From: Lingula anatina
Taxonomy: Eukaryota; Animalia; Brachiopoda
Assembly: GCA_051362555.1 (NCBI GenBank)
Contig: CM120641.1
Location: 4,030,001-4,094,000 of the forward strand
Direction of reading: 5' to 3'
DNA length: 64,000 nucleotides
Both the position numbers and the translations under genes were made by a program. This document shows, piece after piece, positions 55,001 through 63,711 of this stretch. Position 1 is the first letter of the stretch. Each line of letters starts with the position of its first letter. Below the pieces are notes generated by a model. That model was not told where the DNA came from and did not search any database. It was given only the letters and a program-made list of their open reading frames with translations.

Positions 55001-58000
55001 TGAAACTAGGGAATATTTAGATCAAGTTGATGCAATTTTGCCTAGCATAAGGGACATAGAAGGGAATGTAGCTAAATTAGTTACTAAGACGACCAAGGGA
55101 GCTCTCAGAAGAGAAGTTGAAAGATTTTTAAATAAGCAACCAGCTAGAATGAGTACTACATGGGGAACGGTTAGAGAATTTATTCAGCGTACGTTTTTAT
55201 CAGTAAACGAACCTGAGAGATTGAAGGTTAAATTAGAAATGTTAACACAATCGAATAATGAGTCGTTAACAACATTCAACAGATTATTTGCGGAGGCAAG
55301 TAGACGAGCATATGGTACAGACAGGGTACCAGATGTAGAGAGAATTATTGTTAGAGCATATACTAGAGGGTTAGCAGATGAAAAACTAGCTGAAGATATG
55401 ATTGTTAGGGGTCGTCCACATACCCTTGAAGAAGCAATACAGTGGACTGAAAATGTATGTGCAGGGAAAGAGATTTTTGAAAATATCATGGGACAACAAA
55501 AGTCACAAAACAAAACAAGCACACCCACATATGCCATATTAAATGATCAAACTGAACACGCTACCAGGAAGGAAACACACCTAGAAATATCAGCCGTAAA
55601 CACGACGCTAAAAGAAAACAATGATTTTGTATCACAGTTACAAAGCGCAGCCGAGGCAGTTTCCCAGGCAGAAGAAAACTTACATGCACGTCTGAACAAA
55701 ATAGAAAACACAGTTTTCCAAACAGAAAATCCACACGTAAACGCTGGCTGGCACACACAAAATACGCACAACAAGGGAAGGTATCGCATACAACAGCGTC
55801 CACAAACACATAAACGCAAAACTCCCATATGCTTTTACTGCAACAGACCAGGTCATAAAAAATTAGAATGCGGACAGTTAAAAGCACAACAAAATACGAG
55901 AAAAATTGATGCAGCAAGAATCACCTCAAATAAGTCCAGCGGTAGACTGGGTTTAGCAGTCACCATTAGTGGTGTTAGATGTAAGGCTTTGGTAGATTCA
56001 GGGGCATGTGTTACTTGTTTAGGATTAGATCAGTTCCTGAAAATTTGTAAAGCGACTGGAAGAAGTCGATTATTAGACAACTCAAAAGAGATATACACAG
56101 TGTCGGGAGAAACACTTGCAGTGAAAGGGAAAACAAATGTTAAAATTGATGGTGTTGGTGTTTGTGAGGTGATTGTGATTGACAAAATTGAACATGAAAT
56201 GATCATCGGTATTGATTTGCTTAACCTAGGAAATGCACGAATAAATTTTGCTGAAAAAAAGATGACAATGTTTGAGAAAGAATGGCCGCTAACTGACTAT
56301 AGCCGTGAAGGTCTTATCGCGGAAATTGTTAAACTCCCGCCGTTATCGGGACACAAAGAAATAGATGAAGTGATACGTGAATATCGCGACGTGTTCAGCA
56401 CTAGTGAAAACCCATTAGGAAAATGCGACATTATGCCGATGATAATAGACACGGGAAACAACGCGCCGGTCCAACAGAGGGCATATCGCACACCGCTCGC
56501 GAAAAGAGAGATAATTGATAAAGAAATAGAATATCTTCTCAAAAACGATATTATCAGACCGAGCCACAGTCAGTGGAGTAGCCCCGTAGTGCTATCTCCT
56601 AAAGCCGACGGATCCATGCGATTTTGCGTAGATTACCGCAAGGTTAACGCAATTACCAAGATTGACAGATATCCTTTGCCGCTCATTGACGATATTTTTG
56701 ATAACATGGAAGGCGCGACGGTATTTTCAGTCATTGATTTGAAACATGGTTTCAATCAAATTACTCTTGACGAAGCGGACATGAATAAAACAGCTTTCAT
56801 TTGCCATCGCGGTTTATTTGAATATAAAAGGGTGCCGTTTGGGCTTTCTAACGGTCCAAATCATTTTCAGGCCGTCGTGGATCGAGTTTTATCAGGCTTA
56901 ATCGGCAAATGCTGTAACATCTACATAGATGATTGCACAGTTTACTCAAAGAATATGGAAGATCATGTGAAACATTTGCGTTTAGTTTTGGACAGGTTCA
57001 GAGAGGCCAATCTGAAAATAAAATCTGATAAATGTGAATTTGCAAAAAACGAGGTCAAACTTTTAGGATACATAGTGAACAAAGACGGAATCCGCAGTAA
57101 TCCCGAGAAGCTCAAACCAATAAAGAATATGCCGGTTCCCAAAACTGTAAAACAAGTCAGATCATTTCTGGGGATGTGTAATTATTACTCAAGAACCGTC
57201 CCAGACTTCGCGAGAATAGCGTCACCGTTATATAAATTAACCAACAAAGACAACACTTTTGAATGGGGTAGTGAAGAGCAAAGGAGTTTTGATCGGCTCA
57301 AAGATCTCCTGATGTCGAATAAAGTGATGGCCCATCCCAAAATCAATCAACCGTACAAGCTATACACTGACGCGAGCAACAAAGCCATAGGCGCGGTTTT
57401 AGTACAAACTGATGACGCGGGAAAAGATCGTGTAGTTCACTATATAAGCCACAAACTGTCCAAGACACAAACGAATTACAGTACAATAGAAAAAGAGGCT
57501 TATGCAATCATGTACAGCGTGAATAAATTGAGACCATATTTATGGGGCGCGGACGTTACAATTTACACCGACCATAAACCGCTAAAAGCAATGTTTTCAT
57601 CTAAAATTCAAAATTCAAGATTACAAAGGTGGGCTGCAGTTTTGGCAGAGTACAATGCAAAAATCGAATACGTGAAAGGCACGACAAACATATGCGCGGA
57701 TTTTTTGAGCAGGTTACCTGAGGAGAGAGAAGAATTAAAAGGGGAGATGGCTATCATGGATACGGAGGACGATTGGGTAGACCCAAGGATGATTCCTGAT
57801 AGCATGCCCATTTATAACATCCCTTTTGAAGCTGACGGCTTGAATATTGAAGAGGTACAGAAGGGTCAGGTTGAAGAGTTCTCGGATGAAATTGAAGAGG
57901 CGAAAAACGAGGAGTCTGACTTTGAAATTTACCAGGGTCTGCTCTACTCAACGCGGCCTCCGACACACACTGAACCCGAATATCCTCGGTTGATGTTACC

Positions 58001-61000
58001 AAGACAATTTAGAGAGAAGGTGATTGAAAACTGTCACAAAAACGTGGGGCACATGGGTATCCACAAAACACTTTGTCGGGTAAGAGAAGCGTATGTCTGG
58101 CCAGGAATGCGAAAACATATAACACAAGCCTTAAAACGATGTCCGACTTGCTTAGTACATAAACCCCGCCCAGTGAGGACGACTTTAGGTGAATTGCCTC
58201 TCGCCTCATACCCATTCCAGATCGTGGGAATGGATTTAATTGGCCCCTTTGTAGAATCATCGAGAGGAAACAAATATTGTTTGAATGTGATAGATTATTT
58301 AACGGGTTGGGCTGAATCTTATCCAATTCCAAATAAAACTGCTAAATCGGTAGAAAATGCCCTGGCAAATGACTTTTTCCCCCGCCACTCTATTCCACAG
58401 ATTATTATCTCTGATAGAGGTAGTGAATTCAGCGCATACGAATTCAGAGCGTATCTTTCGGGTCTTGGAATTGATCACAGAAGGACAACACCATATAACC
58501 CTGCCTGTTCTGGGAAAATAGAGAGATTCAATGCCACTTACAAAGGTTTGTTATCGCGTTTAGTGAACAATGATGTCAAATCATGGGAGGGACAAGTAGC
58601 AAATGCTTTATTCGCTTATCGAAGTAGCATTTCCACGGTGACAGGTTTTAGTCCATATTTTCTAGTGTACGGCAGAATGCCACGAGTCCCCCTATCTAAA
58701 TTGCTCACCTATGGAGATAATACAAACGCGCTAAACGGCCGGTTAGCGGAACTTTCAGATGCGTTAGCGATAGCTAGAGAGAACCTTCAGACAGCACGAA
58801 TAGAAACAAAACGACAGTATGACGCGAAGGCCAATGCCGAAAAGATTGAAGTTGGAGATAGTGTCATTGTTACGGCACCAGATAGAGTTACATTTGGATC
58901 AAGATATGATCCGATATTCACGGTAACTAGGTATCGCGGAAATGTTTTTTGGCTGGTAAATCAGCAGACAGGTAAAACGCGCACGATAAACAGGCGTAGG
59001 TTGAAATTAGTTGAACCAAACATAGCTTGGGAAGGGATTGCACCTAGAGCTCGGAGAGTTTTCCGAAGACCTAATCCTGCAGCAGTACCCGCGCAACGAG
59101 GTCCAGAACCAGCGCAAACAGAAGCTGTTAGAGCTGACATCAATGCACCCACAGAAAATCTAAATCGCGAAGAAGCGAATGATGTGGTGAGTGCAGAAAA
59201 TGATAATAATAAAGAGGACACGGAAAGTGTTGACATGTCAGACTCGGAAGAATCAAACGAAATCACACAACCTAAAAGGCCAATTGTCATACCATCACAC
59301 TCGCATAATACACGATTTAGAAAACGATGCATGCAACACGCTGAAACACAAGTTGTCCCAGATGAAAATCAATCAAGCCCCAAGCCAATTAAAGTTAGGA
59401 AAGTGGGTCAGAATGATACAAGAAGTAATGATATGGAGGTAGACTGCTTAACTACGGCGATAGGAAGGTCCGGTAAATGCAGTATTTATGATAATGTTAA
59501 GAGATCATAGAGATTTTTAAAAGGATTCCATGTAAAGATAGAAGAGAAGCTTAGGAATAAGAGGGAAGATATAGCGGTGGCACAGAGTATGATGGGAAAA
59601 TATTCATTATGGTAATTGGATTATTCAAGCCAGCCTGTGTCCTCACTACTAGTGGTGATGGGACGGGTTAGTATGAGGGATAGGGCCCATCCTTCATGCT
59701 TAGGTGAGAGTCGTCTAATTTCATAAATTGAAACCCAGAGTATCTGTGGGATTAATTAAGGGATAAGGTTATTTTCAATGTGATAAGGTTATTTTCGATG
59801 ATGGGTATAAACTTTGATAGAATTGAGTAATACACAGACTGTACCAGAAATAAGTGTTATTAGTAAAGTTATCGGGCAGTTAGGTATCTTGATAAAGAAA
59901 GAAAATATATCGAATGCGTCGATGATTCGAAATATATATGAACATGTATTTTTCTTTGTATTTTCCAGAAGGAAAAGTCGAGAAGTGAAGGGAACTTCAA
60001 AACAAGATGTGAAGAGCGTCCATGGGATTATATTTTAATGTTTAATAAATGTATGGGTGTACTATAAAGGACACGTAAGACCTACAAATTTTGAGGAAAT
60101 TTATTTTACTTGGCCTAGCAAGTGCGGGTCAGAACGATAATTGTAGGTCCGGCAGTGCTGGATATTGATTTTTTTTAATGTTTTATTTTTATTAAAGCCT
60201 TTAATTTTTTCCTTTAGGTGAGACGAGCCTCACTCCGGAGAACCACAGCCCCGAGTTGATTAAAAAAAAAATGATGAAATATGTGGGGAATCCTATTTTG
60301 TAATGTTGTGTTATATTAATGATTCTATTTTTTTTCCTTTAGATGAGAAGCCTGGCTATCTATAGATGCTTATGTAAGGGTTAGATTAACCACAATTTAT
60401 GTTTAATAGATATCAGTTTTTTGTCGGGATCTGTTTTATGGTTTCGGATTGGGTGTCGGCAATTCCTTATTGCAATCTTTTGCATGGGTTTTGGTGGCAA
60501 GGGTCTCTTTCAGCGTCAAGGTCTGCGACACTGCGACCCTGGATTAGCGTCAGGCTCTACGTTACGTGCCGACACTGGAAAAAAAATACTTCCACATCCA
60601 CACCCCAACGACCCTGAAACGGACCGGGAAATGAACGTTTGGAATCGGTGAAAAGTCTGAATAGAGAGAAGAGTCGAGTAGTTCGGCGACTAATCCGGCT
60701 ACTCTGCCAGGTTTGGCTGGTAGAGGTTGGGTGAACTGGACACCCGAACAGAATGAAAAACAAAATCTGTTGAAGATCTACAGATCATTCCAGAGTTTTG
60801 TATAAAGATATGTTATAACTGAACTATCGAATAATGATGTGTTTAAAGCAGAATTTAATGATTTGTCTAAACAGAGTATTGTATAAATGACGTGTTATTT
60901 GAAAAAATGCTTAAAAACAATTATTGCTTTGGCTATTATTGTAATTGGATATAAATATATATATACAGGTATATATTTGATAAAATATCTCTTAAAGATA

Positions 61001-62540
61001 GAATCTCCTATGTTAATTATAGAAGTATGAAATTAGATAAAATTAGGAGTTAATATCATAATAATCATCATTGTTGTTGTAGTAACGGTATGTGATAGGA
61101 ATATGATAAAATTTTAACTCTGAAAAAAAAAATGTATTTTTTGTTCAAAGGATACATTTATACATACGGATCAAGCATCCAAAATTAAAATTTGGCATAA
61201 CTGTATAGATGGCTTAATTGAGTTTAATGAAAAGGATTTTTATATTCCGGGAACTTTTATTGTTCACGTTGATATAATTTTAAAAATAATGTACCATTAT
61301 TTTTTATAAAGAGGGGAAGGCGTGTGGAATCCTGCACTAACTCCACATTGTGTATTCAGAGTTAATCAACGTATTATTATATAATTTGCATCTGTCCTGC
61401 ATACATAAATATTATTTTCGGTAGAGGCCCATAGGTAGGCCTATTCCTTAGGCAGATGCATATCACCTGTTAATATTGCACAACAATTAGTATGTAAATA
61501 AGTAGCAGCCACATGTACACGCATGTAAATAAGTAGCAGCCACATGTACACATAGATTCCCTGTAGATAATCTGTATATAACTTGAAGCTTGTCCATAAT
61601 AAAGACACTTTTGATCTGAGACTGAAGATGTGAGGTTGTTCTGTTATGCTTCTCTGTGCACGTAAAGTGAAAGACTGAGTCGAATCTGGAGTCATGTCGG
61701 AGCCCATAGATTAGTTAATTCGTTAATGGAAATTGATACACTGGAATTCAGTACAGTTATAAATTAAAGTTAAAGTCATTTTAGACGGTTCACAACAAAA
61801 TGACAACAGTTCACACAAATTCATTTTTGTATTACACAATGTGAGTAACTGGCCTACCTAGAATAAACATCCCTGCCTTAATTCTTGTTTGTTGCCAAAT
61901 TTAACAGCCTTTTTAATAGAAAATTAACCCTTTTCAAACTAAATTGCCCACAAATGATTACAACTCATCACCAACTCGCCAATGATATCAAGGCCAATAT
62001 AATATTTGCATTACACCCTAGGGAACATGTCTTCAAGCCCATCATACAGTGCCATATGTTGAATTTTGAATTTGAAAGCTTCAGAAGCATGTCTGCTCTG
62101 AAACTCAGGGTACAGTGATCAGAAGAGGGATCAGTGCGTATTCATAACAGTGGACTAATAGATCCACCCATCACATTTGGTGACCCACTTAAAAATTTGC
62201 TGCTTAACTCCCAATTAGGTACTGAACAGATCCTCCCCCCCCCCCCCCCTTGCAGTGATTATGCAACAAGCATTCAAGTGGAGCTGCCATATTTGATCCA
62301 AGGATCTGTTAGTCTGCTGTTCTGAATGTGCTCTTAGACTGGCTGCCTATGGTTTGAAATGGTTACACCACAGTCTGCTGACAGTGCACTAAGATAGGCT
62401 GTCATAACAGGGTTGTAAATGCACCCTTAACTCCTTCCAAGGTGATTGTGCCTTTCCACCTTGATCCTTCGGCTCCTCTCTGACATAATTACATCACAGA
62501 CCTCATCCAACAACTTACCTAGTTGACAAGATCTTGTCAT
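52059..62540 (-). CDS. Predicted small single-pass membrane protein (~93 aa from ATG 62540; frame open further 5'), 4 coding exons
   Basis: Exons 62519-62660 (donor G|gtaagt), 54076-54124, 52823-52982 and 52059-52109 have acceptors and compatible phases (1,2,0), giving MTRSCQLDMVPSYWPSWTGDVSIRIILRMWLAILTALIVIGVLCDCPGIGDMLCRSSRKKKKDENTKRMARFLSGWKYLEQISPSVWENCCRR*. Minus-strand AATAAA at 51690-51695; probable UTR exon 63291-63406. Confidence 0.55.
54300..54774 (+). repeat. 5' LTR (475 bp)
   Basis: tgtggaatcc...ttcacaaca; internal 29-bp direct repeat (54469-54497, 54500-54528); TATATAA 54552-54558; AATAAA 54575-54580. Confidence 0.96.
54781..54797 (+). promoter_or_regulatory. Primer binding site, tRNA-Arg-like
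   Basis: TGGCGAGCtCaAGCCAG 6 nt after the 5' LTR; resembles the complement of the metazoan tRNA-Arg(ACG) 3' end (TGGCGAGCCAGCCAGG) with two extra bases. Confidence 0.7.
54843..59510 (+). CDS. Gag-Pol polyprotein (single frame, 1555 aa)
   Basis: Capsid-like Gag, CCHC knuckle CFYCNRPGHKKLEC, protease LVDSGA, RT (RFCVDYR, PFGL, YIDD), RNase H (YTDAS, EKEAYA, YTDHKPL), integrase HHCC plus DLIGP/SDRGSEF/ERFN, acidic low-complexity C-tail. Confidence 0.97.
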   Translation: MAKTTTRNLDQKLVESLEMITKSLQGKQVSEIWNQRIADSAEGIRICDGLDYGETREYLDQVDAILPSIRDIEGNVAKLVTKTTKGALRREVERFLNKQPARMSTTWGTVREFIQRTFLSVNEPERLKVKLEMLTQSNNESLTTFNRLFAEASRRAYGTDRVPDVERIIVRAYTRGLADEKLAEDMIVRGRPHTLEEAIQWTENVCAGKEIFENIMGQQKSQNKTSTPTYAILNDQTEHATRKETHLEISAVNTTLKENNDFVSQLQSAAEAVSQAEENLHARLNKIENTVFQTENPHVNAGWHTQNTHNKGRYRIQQRPQTHKRKTPICFYCNRPGHKKLECGQLKAQQNTRKIDAARITSNKSSGRLGLAVTISGVRCKALVDSGACVTCLGLDQFLKICKATGRSRLLDNSKEIYTVSGETLAVKGKTNVKIDGVGVCEVIVIDKIEHEMIIGIDLLNLGNARINFAEKKMTMFEKEWPLTDYSREGLIAEIVKLPPLSGHKEIDEVIREYRDVFSTSENPLGKCDIMPMIIDTGNNAPVQQRAYRTPLAKREIIDKEIEYLLKNDIIRPSHSQWSSPVVLSPKADGSMRFCVDYRKVNAITKIDRYPLPLIDDIFDNMEGATVFSVIDLKHGFNQITLDEADMNKTAFICHRGLFEYKRVPFGLSNGPNHFQAVVDRVLSGLIGKCCNIYIDDCTVYSKNMEDHVKHLRLVLDRFREANLKIKSDKCEFAKNEVKLLGYIVNKDGIRSNPEKLKPIKNMPVPKTVKQVRSFLGMCNYYSRTVPDFARIASPLYKLTNKDNTFEWGSEEQRSFDRLKDLLMSNKVMAHPKINQPYKLYTDASNKAIGAVLVQTDDAGKDRVVHYISHKLSKTQTNYSTIEKEAYAIMYSVNKLRPYLWGADVTIYTDHKPLKAMFSSKIQNSRLQRWAAVLAEYNAKIEYVKGTTNICADFLSRLPEEREELKGEMAIMDTEDDWVDPRMIPDSMPIYNIPFEADGLNIEEVQKGQVEEFSDEIEEAKNEESDFEIYQGLLYSTRPPTHTEPEYPRLMLPRQFREKVIENCHKNVGHMGIHKTLCRVREAYVWPGMRKHITQALKRCPTCLVHKPRPVRTTLGELPLASYPFQIVGMDLIGPFVESSRGNKYCLNVIDYLTGWAESYPIPNKTAKSVENALANDFFPRHSIPQIIISDRGSEFSAYEFRAYLSGLGIDHRRTTPYNPACSGKIERFNATYKGLLSRLVNNDVKSWEGQVANALFAYRSSISTVTGFSPYFLVYGRMPRVPLSKLLTYGDNTNALNGRLAELSDALAIARENLQTARIETKRQYDAKANAEKIEVGDSVIVTAPDRVTFGSRYDPIFTVTRYRGNVFWLVNQQTGKTRTINRRRLKLVEPNIAWEGIAPRARRVFRRPNPAAVPAQRGPEPAQTEAVRADINAPTENLNREEANDVVSAENDNNKEDTESVDMSDSEESNEITQPKRPIVIPSHSHNTRFRKRCMQHAETQVVPDENQSSPKPIKVRKVGQNDTRSNDMEVDCLTTAIGRSGKCSIYDNVKRS
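59632..59700 (+). other. Tandem RNA hairpins with 6-nt palindromic loops (ACUAGU, GGGCCC)
   Basis: tcact/ggtga closing actagt, extended by gtcc/ggac and agcct/gggtt; agtatgagggat/atccttcatgct closing agggccc; several G-U pairs favour the sense strand. Confidence 0.6.
60441..60750 (+). other. GC-enriched multi-stem, pseudoknotted RNA domain in retrotransposon 3' region
   Basis: Stems 60452-61/60567-76, 60441-47/60614-20, 60500-05/60535-40, 60511-17/60527-33, 60541-47/60690-96 (crossing), 60702-10/60717-25, 60729-33/60741-45. Confidence 0.5.
61308..61320 (+). promoter_or_regulatory. Polypurine tract
   Basis: aaagaggggaagg, 2 nt before the 3' LTR. Confidence 0.9.
61323..61797 (+). repeat. 3' LTR (475 bp), identical to 5' LTR by eye
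   Basis: Line-by-line match at offset 7023; identical ORF-track peptides at 54418-54684 and 61441-61707. Confidence 0.96.
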
Positions 62541-63545
62541 GACGTCTAAATCTGTACCTAGATCATCACATTGGCTAACAGCTGTCACATTATCACGACA
62601 CGCCCTCCTTATCTCCGGCAGTAAGGACAAGAAACAGAAGATAACATGCCTGACAGACACCTGTTGTGAGGTGATGAAGACGCAGCTAACCTAGTATGCC
62701 ATTTCACTGCCCAATCCTAGGGAAAAGGTGGGCAGTTGTCCCTCCTTGACCTTCTAACTAAAAAATAAGCCCCATATTCCCCTTTCAAACTAGAATTTAC
62801 TAATCCAGAGGTCATGAATTGTCAAAAAAAAAAGGCTACTGTCAAAATGAAACCACAGTTGGCATACCCTAAAGGCATATGAATGATCTACCTCTGTTTT
62901 TTTCTTTTCTTTTTTATTGGTGAAATAGGAGAGTACCACTTAAAGCGGTGTTTAACAATAATGCATACATAACAGAACAATGTGGAGACACAAAATCGTT
63001 AAACATATTTATATTATAGCCTTATGGGTGTGACTTTGCATCTAGTGTAGTTGCCTTTGTTGTCTTCAGATACTTATAAATTTCTTTTTTTTAGATAAAT
63101 ATTATATTAATTATATTAATTTCATATTTCTCAAAATTATATAATTTTAATGACTAATCTAAGTTCATAACAAATGCTCACATGAGTAAGAACATGTCTT
63201 TTGAGCTATTTCTGTAATGAAGGTAGGTCAACATACTGGATCCCCCATAAAAAATTCAATACCACATATTGATCTAAAGCGTATACTTACTGTAATATGT
63301 GAGAGTTACAAGTGACAACAGGACTTATGACAAATGGGGCATCCCTCTGCTCTTTATGACCAACTTTCAAGAAAACTGCTTTTTATCTTAAGCCTTTTTT
63401 CCTTTTCTGTATACATGAAAGTGGAAAATGACAACCATCAAAGAAACTGTACTCAAGCAGAAACATGCTGCTCTTTTCAACTGACTTCTTAGACATAATA
63501 TACTGGAGCCTGTATTTTAAACATTTTCAGTGTGTGATTAAAGCA

Positions 63546-63711
63546 CAGGCCCGTAGCCAGGGGGGTTCAGGGGTTCGAAAGAACCACCCTTTTTGCTGGT
63601 AAAAGGTCCACTTTGGATAAAATTTGATCTAGGCACAAGAAGGTTTTATGGTAAAAAGTCCACTTTTTCAGAAAACGAACCCCCCATTTGAAATTGCTGG
63701 CTACGGGCCTG
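63546..63711. mobile_element. hAT-like MITE with 5-bp TSD
   Basis: Perfect 15-bp TIR CAGGCCCGTAGCCAG/CTGGCTACGGGCCTG; AAGCA TSD at 63541-63545 and 63712-63716. Confidence 0.82.

Larger units (their letters stand above)
54300..61797 (+). mobile_element. Full-length Ty3/gypsy LTR retrotransposon (7498 bp), no env ORF
   Basis: TG...CA LTRs 54300-54774 and 61323-61797, AAAT TSD (54296-54299 and 61798-61801), PBS, PPT, intact gag-pol with PR-RT-RH-IN order. Confidence 0.97.

Noticed and set aside
55184-59332. Minus-strand ORFs within gag-pol
   Set aside because: Short shadow frames with no motifs
60075-60260. Dicistrovirus IGR-IRES resemblance (caaattttgag, agtgct, tttaggt, cagcccc)
   Set aside because: No UAUUU stem-loop IV loop and I could not build the three pseudoknots; likely coincidence
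60452-60696. HDV-like ribozyme (P1 ending in G-U followed by GG, crossing P2, GGCGA before P2')
   Set aside because: L3 would be 13-17 nt without the YCC needed for P1.1, no P4 starts after GG, and J4/2 is not CNRA; kept only as an unclassified pseudoknot
59511-61322. env gene or hammerhead ribozyme in the 3' region
   Set aside because: No ORF above ~80 aa on either strand and no CUGANGA/GAAA core in a correct stem context
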